From assembly GCA_963828525.1 (NCBI GenBank), contig CAWHEP010000008.1:128001-192000 (forward strand): a stretch of 64,000 bases of DNA, written 5' to 3'. The notes beneath the pieces are model-generated. The model searched no databases. It was not told the origin of the DNA and was given only the letters and a program-made list of their open reading frames with translations. This document shows positions 1 to 8,691 of the stretch, piece by piece (the stretch's first letter is position 1; the number at the start of each line of letters is the position of its first letter). The DNA is from an uncultured Verrucomicrobiae bacterium (GTDB lineage Bacteria > Verrucomicrobiota > Verrucomicrobiia > Chthoniobacterales > Chthoniobacteraceae). The position numbers were made by a program, and so were the translations under genes.

Positions 1-251
1 TCCACGCCGCGAGCCGCCAACCAGGCATCCGCAAGCCGGACGCGTTCGCTCCACGGCATCACACTGGGAAGTCGAATATTTTCCACGCCATCATCAGAAG
101 CTTCCGTCGAGACATCGGTTCCTGGATCGTTCAAGGAAAGGGCAAACACGGGATGTCCCAGTCGCAGGCACTCCCCAGCGAGCCTCATCGCATAGTCAGC
201 AACTCCGGATTTTCCCCGTTGAAGCGAGGAACAGATAAATGCGATACGCAT
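1..251 (-). CDS. Glycosyltransferase (GT-B/GT4-like), 5' part only, runs off the window
   Basis: Manual translation from ATG at 251: MRIAFICSSLQRGKSGVADYAMRLAGECLRLGHPVFALSLNDPG..., clearly paralogous to the N-terminus of 6295..7461; not in the ORF track. Confidence 0.75.
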   Translation of the reverse strand, partial: MRIAFICSSLQRGKSGVADYAMRLAGECLRLGHPVFALSLNDPGTDVSTEASDDGVENIRLPSVMPWSERVRLADAWLAARGV

Positions 252-286
252 TAGCGCTGGGTGCCTGAAGTTTTCAAAGGATTACT

Positions 287-1657
287 CTATGCTGCTTCAC
301 CACGCAGACCCGGCGGCGGCCCGAATCTGAATCCATACACTCCGGTGAACGCTTGAACCGCAAGCGCCGCGACGGCGCTGTACATTGAGAGATGGATGAC
401 GCCCATGGTCAGCGAAAGATCCATACGCATAACGCCGCAAATCTGCACAGAAGACACGATGATGCAGCACGTGATTCCTTCCCACCAGAACACCCACTTC
501 CTTGCGCTATGGAGGGTGAAAAGCATGGAAGACATATAGACTATGCTCGAGACGATAAGAGTAAAAACAGCTTCGAGCCGCAGATGAACATACTTTGGCC
601 CGAGCAAGGAAAGCAAAACCCCAGGGAATAGAAGCGCAAAACCCACAATCGCCGCGCAAACGATCGCAGCCCCGGAAATGAGCGAAATGTAGCGCGCCAG
701 CAGGTGCGCGCGCTCGAACTTTGCGATATATGGCGCCACGAGAATGGTGTTGACACTTCCGAAGATTGCAAAGAGCTGCCCCAGCCTGCCGAGCGCGGCG
801 ACCTCGGCGACATTCTTGCTGTGTCCAAAGTAGCCGATGATGAAAACAGAGATTTGCCCCTGGAAAGCGTAGTAGATCACGCTAGGCATAAGAGGAGTAA
901 TGTATCTCATCAGTTCGCGGCATACCGCCGGGTCGGCTTGTTCTGGCTCTTCGAAAAGCGGCTGCGAGGCGCGTTTGCTAAGGAACGCGATAATGCCTGC
1001 TGACAAACCGCCAAACCATACAGTGCCAACAGAGTCCAATGACGAGGCGAGGTGCGCCAGCCAACACGCGCCCAGCCTTGATGTCGCGCCGAGCACCTGA
1101 GACTTTGAGAGCAGTCGCATTCTCTGGTGAATAAGAAGCGGGGCGCTGTAGAACGACGCAAGGCCAAGAAGAAAAAGATTCGCCGTGATGCCTCCAAAAA
1201 GCAGCAGTTCAGTAGCGAGAGCCCAGTGCTGGCGCTTTGCGACAACGTGAAAGGCCACGGCGGAAACGGGAACGACCAGCAATAGCAGCCTGTTCCGCTG
1301 GGCGCGCCCGGCGCGAATGTATCCACCAACGACGCGAGCATCCGCGCCTCTGCTTCCAACCATGGCGACAATCGAATTGCAGAGGCCAAAATCCACGAGC
1401 AGAGCTACGGTACATTGAAAGCCGAAGGCCACCCCGTATTGCGCATAGCTGTCCACGCTTAGCCACCGGAGCAGCAGGAGGCCGGTTGAAAGGCTGATCA
1501 CCTGTGTGAGGCCCTGGCCCACGAAAAAGACGGCAAGCCGCTTATACCACCTTAGAAATCGGGCGCGCAGCCAATCCCACTTAGGCTCCCGTAAAGGAGG
1601 AGGCTCCGCAAGGGGATGCGGCTCCCGCGCGTTAACTCCCGCCACGGGTCGAAGCAA
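287..1657 (-). CDS. Polysaccharide flippase (Wzx/MOP superfamily)
   Basis: 456 aa with many hydrophobic helices, N-terminal LLRWLSVDSYAQYG and DFG motifs typical of Wzx; lies in an EPS cluster; start uncertain. Confidence 0.75.
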   Translation of the reverse strand: MLRPVAGVNAREPHPLAEPPPLREPKWDWLRARFLRWYKRLAVFFVGQGLTQVISLSTGLLLLRWLSVDSYAQYGVAFGFQCTVALLVDFGLCNSIVAMVGSRGADARVVGGYIRAGRAQRNRLLLLVVPVSAVAFHVVAKRQHWALATELLLFGGITANLFLLGLASFYSAPLLIHQRMRLLSKSQVLGATSRLGACWLAHLASSLDSVGTVWFGGLSAGIIAFLSKRASQPLFEEPEQADPAVCRELMRYITPLMPSVIYYAFQGQISVFIIGYFGHSKNVAEVAALGRLGQLFAIFGSVNTILVAPYIAKFERAHLLARYISLISGAAIVCAAIVGFALLFPGVLLSLLGPKYVHLRLEAVFTLIVSSIVYMSSMLFTLHSARKWVFWWEGITCCIIVSSVQICGVMRMDLSLTMGVIHLSMYSAVAALAVQAFTGVYGFRFGPPPGLRGEAA

Positions 1658-1774
1658 ACGAGCGAAACTCCTGAGGGAGACGCCCGCGTCCGCCCGCGAT
1701 ACTCGCTTGAAAAGGCTCTAAAGCAGCACTCATCACCTATCGATTTGAGTGGCAAGCGCTCCCATCGGCTTCCT

Positions 1775-3886
1775 TTAGGCGCCTCCGGCGCGGGTGTATT
1801 CTTTCATATACTTGGAATACTGGTAATACTCGTAATCGGGCGCTGACGTTCTCAGGTCATTCAGCACCAAGCCGAGCAGATTCACCTGCCGGTGATACAA
1901 AATCTGCAGAGCCCTGTGAGTCAAGCGGACGGATGAGACTCCAAAGCGAACCACAAAAAGGGCAGCATCGATCTTCGGCGCCAGACTCGCGGTATCATCC
2001 GCGACAATCACCGGAGCGCTGTCGAACACGATATACTCGAATTCACGGTAAACCTCCTGCAAAAAACGGTCGGTGGTTTTGCTAAGGAAATACTCTCCCG
2101 GCTGGCTGACATTGTGACCGCGTGGCAGCAGTGAGAGGTTGTCGAGCATGGTAGGCTGTATCGCTTCCTTCCAGCTCACTTTCTGGCTTAGAACCTCTGA
2201 AAATCCAACTGAGCCGGAAACGCCAAAGGAGCTATGCAGCTTGCCTCGTCGCAGGTCGGCATCCACAAGAAGAGTTTTGCAACCAAGGAACGAGAGGGTT
2301 ATCGCCAGGTTGGACGATACGGTGGACTTCCCCTCGCCTGGAACGGCTGAGGTGATGAGGAGGGATTTGGGCCGCGCTCCATCCATTGGCAGGTAAAGAA
2401 TGGAGGAACGGATAGTCCGAAAGGCTTCCGCGAAAAGGTGCCTCGGATCGTCAGGCCTGATGAGGTCGAGAGGAGTTCCCTTGATGGCCTCACGCGGCAC
2501 ATGCCCGAGGATGGTCTCCTTGAACCCGGCCTGAACGTCATGGAAGGATTTTATCTGATCGTTGATCTTGTCGAGAGCGATCACGATGGCAAGTCCCAGA
2601 AAACTGCCGACACCTAGCCCCAGGAAGATCGCCCGCCACATGCCCAGCTTAACCGACCGGGGATTATCCGCATTGTCCAAAATGGTGACGGTATCTTGTG
2701 TGACCTTGCCGCTGGAGTCCACGTTGCCCAAGCTGGTCAACAACTGATCATACTGCGCTTGATTACGATCCTTCTTTGCCTTAATTTTTTCCCATTCGGC
2801 GATGAGCCCACTCAACTCGAGCGCCTTCTTTTGCCACGTGTCAATCAGCTGATTGAGATTTTTGATGCGAATCCCTATGGATTCCCGCTGTGTCTTGAGC
2901 TCGGCGTAAGCCTCCTTCCGGAACAGATCGATGAGATCCTGCGAACTCGCCATCTCGTCCTCAATTTCCTTAATCCTTGGGTGCTCGGGTCTGAACGTTA
3001 GCAGCGCCTGCTGCTTCTGAGCCTGAAGGAGAGAAAGCTTGCGCTTTGCGGCGTAGTAATCCGCTTCCGCGCCGAAGTGCTTCATCACATTCTGTGAAGC
3101 GGCCTCCGCATCCGATTGACTTGCAGGCGCGGGCGCCGCGTCTGTCTGGCCCTTGCGATCAAGGTTTTGATCCAGATCCTCGTTTTCAAGAAGGTTGTAT
3201 TCCTTTTGAAGATCGGCGAGTTCGTTATTAAGGCTGCTGAGGTACTTCGCCGCGCTATTGCCCTGCTCCTCCAGAAAACCAACGTTATGTTCTTTCTGAA
3301 AGGCGAGGAGGTCATTTTCAGACTCTCCCAGCTCTTTATCAATGCGACCTAACTCCTCCGTGATCGCAGTTACGGCGCTTTCCGACTTTTGGGAGCGCAT
3401 CTCCCGCTTGATCTGGATGTACTCCGCCATGACCGCGTCCAGGAAAGCCTGGGTGTAAGAGGGGGAAGCTCCTGTCGCCCTGAGAACGAAGATGGAAGTG
3501 GTCGGTAATTGGGCAACCTCAAGATCAACTGGTGTCACCGGCAGATTTGGGTGGAGCGCGAGCACGCGGGCTTGCGCTCGCTGTTGAACCTCACCGCTTC
3601 GCATCAATTGCGTCTGCGTGCCGAAAAAGTTGACCAGATCCTCGGTGTAATTGGCCTCCTCGCGGATGAGGATCTTGCCGCTCACCATCATGCGGCTGCT
3701 TGAGAGATAAGCCGGCGGCGCTTGGGAGATGAACCAGGCGGCGATCGCCAGCCCTATACTGATCGTCAGGAATGGCACCCACCAGTATCTGCGGAGAGCA
3801 AGGAAGAACCGGTATATCTCCGTTCGTATTACCGCGAAACGGGAAGAAAACGTAATCGGCGCGCTACTGACGAGGCCTTCAGCCAT
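1775..3886 (-). CDS. wzc: Polysaccharide co-polymerase / tyrosine autokinase (Wzc family)
   Basis: Two TM helices flanking a coiled coil; Walker A SAVPGEGKST, A' LLVDADLRR, B IVFDSAP; C-terminal Tyr cluster DYEYYQYSKY. Confidence 0.92.
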   Translation of the reverse strand: MAEGLVSSAPITFSSRFAVIRTEIYRFFLALRRYWWVPFLTISIGLAIAAWFISQAPPAYLSSSRMMVSGKILIREEANYTEDLVNFFGTQTQLMRSGEVQQRAQARVLALHPNLPVTPVDLEVAQLPTTSIFVLRATGASPSYTQAFLDAVMAEYIQIKREMRSQKSESAVTAITEELGRIDKELGESENDLLAFQKEHNVGFLEEQGNSAAKYLSSLNNELADLQKEYNLLENEDLDQNLDRKGQTDAAPAPASQSDAEAASQNVMKHFGAEADYYAAKRKLSLLQAQKQQALLTFRPEHPRIKEIEDEMASSQDLIDLFRKEAYAELKTQRESIGIRIKNLNQLIDTWQKKALELSGLIAEWEKIKAKKDRNQAQYDQLLTSLGNVDSSGKVTQDTVTILDNADNPRSVKLGMWRAIFLGLGVGSFLGLAIVIALDKINDQIKSFHDVQAGFKETILGHVPREAIKGTPLDLIRPDDPRHLFAEAFRTIRSSILYLPMDGARPKSLLITSAVPGEGKSTVSSNLAITLSFLGCKTLLVDADLRRGKLHSSFGVSGSVGFSEVLSQKVSWKEAIQPTMLDNLSLLPRGHNVSQPGEYFLSKTTDRFLQEVYREFEYIVFDSAPVIVADDTASLAPKIDAALFVVRFGVSSVRLTHRALQILYHRQVNLLGLVLNDLRTSAPDYEYYQYSKYMKEYTRAGGA

Positions 3887-3888
3887 AA

Positions 3889-4599
3889 CTAGAAGTTCCA
3901 GCGTTTTTCCGGGACGATGACAGTGTCTCCGGGTTCGATGCTAGGGTCCTTGTCCAGACGTCCATCTTTGAAGACCGGCCGGAGGTCGATCACATTCGTC
4001 TTGTAGTTGCCGCCGACCTTTCGGATCAGTTTGACCCGTCTCATATCAGCAAAGTCTCCCAATCCGCCTGCCCGCAGGATCGCCTTGCTTAAGGTCAACG
4101 GCTCATCCGGCGGGATATCGAGAGGTCCTTGCTGGCGCACATCTCCCATCAGATAGACCTTGCCCTTGGACTTTCCTGAGACGGTATCGAGGCCCAAGAT
4201 GACAGTCGCTATCTTGTAGTACTTGGCTTCCAGCACAGCCTTGATGTCAAAGGCGAGTTGGCGGCAGGTCCTCCCATCCGCCTGCACCCGTCCAATCATC
4301 GGCACCTCCATCTCGCCGGAATCGCCGACGCGCAGGGCGATCGGGTCCTTGCCATCCTGAACGACTCGATAGCTCACGACATCGCCCTTCCCCAACTTTG
4401 TCGTGTCGTTGAGCACGTCCATGGAGGTCGTAAGACCCACGGTCGCAGAAGCGGAATAATTTGTAACGGGACGTTCAGTCTTTTCAGGGGAGTCTTCTGT
4501 CATCACCCGCTGACCGGAACGAGACGTGAGCAACTGGGCGTTGCTGGAAGCGACAGCGAAAACAGAAAGAACGATGAAAATAAAGGACGTGTTCGCCAT
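3889..4599 (-). CDS. Polysaccharide export protein (OPX/Wza-like, Poly_export + SLBB)
   Basis: LGKGDVV...VGDSGEMEVPMIGRVQADGRT Poly_export motif, VYLMGDVRQQG...AILRAGG SLBB, IEPGDTVIVP; signal peptide without lipobox Cys. Confidence 0.88.
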   Translation of the reverse strand: MANTSFIFIVLSVFAVASSNAQLLTSRSGQRVMTEDSPEKTERPVTNYSASATVGLTTSMDVLNDTTKLGKGDVVSYRVVQDGKDPIALRVGDSGEMEVPMIGRVQADGRTCRQLAFDIKAVLEAKYYKIATVILGLDTVSGKSKGKVYLMGDVRQQGPLDIPPDEPLTLSKAILRAGGLGDFADMRRVKLIRKVGGNYKTNVIDLRPVFKDGRLDKDPSIEPGDTVIVPEKRWNF

Positions 4600-4617
4600 G
4601 GATTTTTTATCTAGCGC

Positions 4618-6060
4618 TTAAAATTGATACGCAAATTGAACGACGGTCCGGTCTTGTAGATACCCCTGCTCCGAGACATTTGCAAGTTTCAAACTGAATT
4701 GATAATTCAACGACACTGTGAGTTTTCTCGAAAGTGGGTATGAGGAGGAAAAGCCAGCCACGAACTGGTCGAAATGGCTTGCCTGTCCCGGAACGGCTCC
4801 GGCTTGATCCACGTCTTGCAGTGAGACAGAGGAAACGAGGCTGATGAGGCGCGTGAACGCCCAAGATGACGTATAGGTAAGAAAGGTCAGAGACTCCCGC
4901 GAAGACGCCAGTCCGAGCTGATTTTCCCTGCCAAAGGAGAGGGAGTCATTGTAGAAGCGATTCAGCCTGTGGTTCAACGATACGTTTGCGTAGAAACTCG
5001 CGAGATCGCTCTCGTTGGGCGCCACGTTCGGATTGATGCCATTGATGAAAAGTCCGTTACCCTGAATGACCGATGCCTGCTGGGCGAGAGGGGCGCCGTT
5101 GGCGCGAAAGAAGATGCCTTGGTAGCCACCCGAAATGGTCAAATCCGTGTAGTGGCTCAGCTTGGTCTGCAGGAACGGCCCTAAACTGAATGACGTGGCA
5201 GTTCCCCGAGCTGACTGCCTGTAGGTAGTGTAGGAGGCGCTGGTATTTATCCCCCATCCGGTGATCGGGTTTGTGGGAAAAAACGCCGAGAACGTCAGCC
5301 CTTCAGTGGCGTGAGTGTCGTCCGGAATCTGTGAATTGCCGGATGTTCCCTTTACCTGAGACGGCGGTGTAATGGAATTTGTGTGGTCAAGGCCGAGCGT
5401 GAGAATCGCTGTGTTCAGGTCCCAAAGCACTTCGGCGCCGATAACATTCACATATTGCTGATAGACAGCTACGTTACTCAGAGAACTTTGTCTGACAGGA
5501 TCGTCGGTGATCGAAAACAGGTCATGGAGATTGATCCTGAAGTCTCCCGTGTAGATGTCGTAGGTGAGCCTCGAACCGGGTCCTACCGCGATACTCGTGA
5601 CATTGAACTTTGGGTGGAACAGATAATCGGAATAGCCGAGTGTCGTGTCGAATGAGACCACGTTTGCCCGGGTGGCCTGCCATCGGAGGGTGATGCCCAC
5701 AGACGGGGTGAGGATAAGGTCCGCCTCGGGATTGACTTTTGCAGTATTAATATTATCGTTGAACTCTGCGGTCATCGTCGCGTTGACCTTCAGAAGAACA
5801 GGACCCACCTTTAAATTATAATCGTTTATCTCCGGCGGACGGGTTCGCAATTCCGCAGCCCGTTCACCCACTTGCGAGGGCCGTTGAACCTCCTGCGCGT
5901 CCGCGACCAAGGCAAGGCAGAGCAGGCAAAGAAGCCCGGAAACCGACTTGAATCTGACGATACGCGGGGTGATAGGAGTAAGGCGCTGCGGCGTGAAATA
6001 TCGGCTGAGTCCTTGCTGCTTTACCGGATATGAGGTTGGATTAGCAAAGGAAATTATCAT
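4618..6060 (-). CDS. Outer-membrane beta-barrel protein associated with polysaccharide export
   Basis: Signal peptide, FNDNI motif, alternating aromatic beta strands, C-terminal Phe (FAYQF); adjacent to OPX and wzc; true start may be downstream of 6060. Confidence 0.8.
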   Translation of the reverse strand: MIISFANPTSYPVKQQGLSRYFTPQRLTPITPRIVRFKSVSGLLCLLCLALVADAQEVQRPSQVGERAAELRTRPPEINDYNLKVGPVLLKVNATMTAEFNDNINTAKVNPEADLILTPSVGITLRWQATRANVVSFDTTLGYSDYLFHPKFNVTSIAVGPGSRLTYDIYTGDFRINLHDLFSITDDPVRQSSLSNVAVYQQYVNVIGAEVLWDLNTAILTLGLDHTNSITPPSQVKGTSGNSQIPDDTHATEGLTFSAFFPTNPITGWGINTSASYTTYRQSARGTATSFSLGPFLQTKLSHYTDLTISGGYQGIFFRANGAPLAQQASVIQGNGLFINGINPNVAPNESDLASFYANVSLNHRLNRFYNDSLSFGRENQLGLASSRESLTFLTYTSSWAFTRLISLVSSVSLQDVDQAGAVPGQASHFDQFVAGFSSSYPLSRKLTVSLNYQFSLKLANVSEQGYLQDRTVVQFAYQF

Positions 6061-6084
6061 CCAATTATGACCGGTGATCCCGCC
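5786..6084. repeat. 299-bp direct repeat, copy 1 (partner 8393..8691)
   Basis: Base-by-base match at offset 2607 with two substitutions found by eye (ttaaatt/ttagatt, ccggcgg/ccggagg). Confidence 0.95.
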
Positions 6085-6294
6085 CCTCCATTCCTATCGC
6101 CGTCGCCAAACCTAGGGTGCGTGCCTCCTCCATCGGTACAGTTTCAAAGAAATCCGCAGCCCTATAGCGTGGCGACATGTGAAACACGATGCCGGATTAC
6201 GGGAGGAACGGCATCCTCATCTAGTCGCGCTGCTGCCTCGCGTCCAAGGTAAGGCCCCCCATTAGGACTCACCAGACCGGCAATTCCGACGCTA

Positions 6295-7461
6295 TCAGCC
6301 TCCTCCTGCAGCTTTACTCTGGCCGGTCGCATTCGCAAGATCGTGTAAAAACTGAGCCGCCACCTCTGGCAGTCTTGATCTTGGATCGTTTCGTTGCGCT
6401 CTTTTCAGGCGTTTCACCAAGGTATCGTCAACACTCAGGAACCGCGGTGACGTCATAGGGGCATATATGCCATCGAAACGCTGATCGTTTCGACTAACGA
6501 TGACAGGCAATCCGTGATCTACCATCGTCGCCGCAGCACTGCTCTTTTCGATTAGCATCCGCGGCGAGGCTGCAATACCAAAGTCCGCGCAGTTCAACAC
6601 CTCAGAGACTCTCCGCGCGGAGTGCATGCCGAGGCTTTTGAAGATAATCCGCCCTGAAAACTGACACTCCGTCCGCGCCCACAACCGTCTGCCCAAATCC
6701 CCCATATCCCCTATCGCAGTCAGTGCGATCTTTCTATTTGTGTCAGCAGCGAACTCGAGCAGATAATCAAGAAGCGGTGTAGCCGTCCATTCCGGATGCA
6801 GCCTTCCAAATAGGACGAAAATCCACAACGACGACCTTTCGATCAAGCCGATAGGGGAAATCTGCGAGATCAGCCATCGACTCTCGCTCGTTGAGATTAT
6901 AGGAACATTGGAAAAAAGTGGGAGGACACGGGCATTTAGGCCGCACCGCGCGAGCACGTGACTGTATACTTTGTTGTTGGTATGGATGACGAGTGGTCGG
7001 CATCCCTTTATAGCGTTAAGAATGAAGCGTCTCTGGACTGCGCCCACCAGACGTTCCTTAAATGAAGATCCGGTAGCGAGGCCTATCCACAGCTCATGGA
7101 ACATGATATGAACTCTTCTTCCCTTCACGAGGCGCCTCAGACGATCGCCTAAGCCAACCACAACCCCCTTTTTTTGAAAACCATAGCAGACCATTTGGAC
7201 GCTTAGCCACTCAGCGCCTGCTTCAGTGAGCCACTGCTGTGCATGTTCTATGCGACGATCCCATCCCATCGCCTGAGGGAGTCGCAGGATCCGTACACCA
7301 CCGTATTCCTGACACACAACCACGCCGGTTCCAGAATCGTTCAGCGATAGGGCAACGCAATGATGCCCCATCTTATTTGTTTGTGACGCAAGATTGAGTA
7401 CGTAGTCTGCCACACCAGACCTCCCGAAATCGAGTGACGAGCAAAGGAAGGCGATCCGCAT
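6295..7461 (-). CDS. Glycosyltransferase (GT-B/GT4-like)
   Basis: SGVADY N-terminal motif, HIMFHELW, ADFGI...KSSAAATMVDHGLPVIV C-terminal motif. Confidence 0.8.
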   Translation of the reverse strand: MRIAFLCSSLDFGRSGVADYVLNLASQTNKMGHHCVALSLNDSGTGVVVCQEYGGVRILRLPQAMGWDRRIEHAQQWLTEAGAEWLSVQMVCYGFQKKGVVVGLGDRLRRLVKGRRVHIMFHELWIGLATGSSFKERLVGAVQRRFILNAIKGCRPLVIHTNNKVYSHVLARCGLNARVLPLFSNVPIISTSESRWLISQISPIGLIERSSLWIFVLFGRLHPEWTATPLLDYLLEFAADTNRKIALTAIGDMGDLGRRLWARTECQFSGRIIFKSLGMHSARRVSEVLNCADFGIAASPRMLIEKSSAAATMVDHGLPVIVSRNDQRFDGIYAPMTSPRFLSVDDTLVKRLKRAQRNDPRSRLPEVAAQFLHDLANATGQSKAAGGG

Positions 7462-7510
7462 TATTCGGTGGTAATTGAACCCGGTCTATTATCGAACAGC
7501 GGAAACTCCC

Positions 7511-8137
7511 TCAATCGAAGATTATTGCGCCTGCTACAGGTTTGTCAGTCGTTCCTTGGGGGCGGTCTCTGAGCTTCCTGCCAGGGACCCCGCCCCATAT
7601 CTCAAACGCTCCCACCGATTTCGTCAGCACTGAACCTGCCGCTATGATTGCACCGCGGCGGATTCTCACTCCTTTTAGAACCAGGACATTTGCCCCTACC
7701 CAAGTGTCGTCTTCAACGATGATCTTTATCTCCGCCCCGCCTGTCTGCGACACTATTGGAACTGTCCGGGAATCAAAGCCATGGTCGTGATCGATAAACT
7801 TGCAGCCAGATGCAATCAAGACATTTTTGCCGACGATAATCGAATCGCGAATATTAAATTCACAGCCTGCTCCAATAAAAACATTATCTCCGAACACTAA
7901 TGAAGGCCCCGACCGCCAAATGCCGTCAAACTTAAATGAAACACCTCTCTCAATGTGGCATCTAGCTCCAAGCGACACCTGGTGGGGCCAAGTCACGTAG
8001 ATTTGGGGCAGAAGTGTTCCTTGCCCGACGTCGAGACCGATTGACCTCCAATAGAACGTGCGGAATCGGTCGATAACTCGTGCCCAAACGGAGCGCAACC
8101 GGAAGACGATCTTGGGTTTGAGTGAGGCGGGGGCCAT
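7511..8137 (-). CDS. Hexapeptide-repeat O-acyltransferase (LbH, maltose/galactoside acetyltransferase-like)
   Basis: GDNVFIG, GKNVLIA, DHDH, IIVEDDTWVGANVLVLKGVRI...IIAAGSVLTK...WGGVP. Confidence 0.9.
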   Translation of the reverse strand: MAPASLKPKIVFRLRSVWARVIDRFRTFYWRSIGLDVGQGTLLPQIYVTWPHQVSLGARCHIERGVSFKFDGIWRSGPSLVFGDNVFIGAGCEFNIRDSIIVGKNVLIASGCKFIDHDHGFDSRTVPIVSQTGGAEIKIIVEDDTWVGANVLVLKGVRIRRGAIIAAGSVLTKSVGAFEIWGGVPGRKLRDRPQGTTDKPVAGAIIFD

Positions 8138-8667
8138 CAATGTGGTCGAAAATGGGAAACACGCTTATATCGCGCGAGCAAAGCACCACTACCAGCGAAA
8201 GGCGGGGGGAGCCGCGCATAACCGATAGTCGTGTCCCGGAGCCGAGCGCGGGGTCGGAGGATACGGACGCTGGTTCTCGTGACCTGCCACCTGAGTTTGA
8301 CGTCGGCGGATGTAGTGAGGGAGAAGTCAGCCGCGCGTTCTAGGCGCAAACTTTTGAGATTATTATTCCACTCCGCAGTCATGGACGCGTTTACCTTCAG
8401 AAGAACAGGACCCACCTTTAGATTATAATCGTTTATCTCCGGAGGACGGGTTCGCAATTCCGCAGCCCGTTCACCCACTTGCGAGGGCCGTTGAACCTCC
8501 TGCGCGTCCGCGACCAAGGCAAGGCAGAGCAGGCAAAGAAGCCCGGAAACCGACTTGAATCTGACGATACGCGGGGTGATAGGAGTAAGGCGCTGCGGCG
8601 TGAAATATCGGCTGAGTCCTTGCTGCTTTACCGGATATGAGGTTGGATTAGCAAAGGAAATTATCAT
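8137..8667 (-). pseudogene. Truncated paralog of the 4618..6060 beta-barrel (176 aa)
   Basis: First ~95 aa identical to the full barrel, then diverged but alignable (MTAEWNNN, LRWQVTR, DTTIGY), then early stop overlapping the acyltransferase ATG. Confidence 0.8.
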
Positions 8668-8691
8668 CCAATTATGACCGGTGATCCCGCC
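8393..8691. repeat. 299-bp direct repeat, copy 2 (partner 5786..6084)
   Basis: See copy 1; covers the barrel 5' end and the first codons (MTGDPA) of the divergent TPR gene. Confidence 0.95.

Noticed and set aside
6067..6252. 61-aa ORF starting MTGDPA
   Set aside because: Its start is just the duplicated first codons of the TPR gene inside the repeat; the remainder has no protein-like features.
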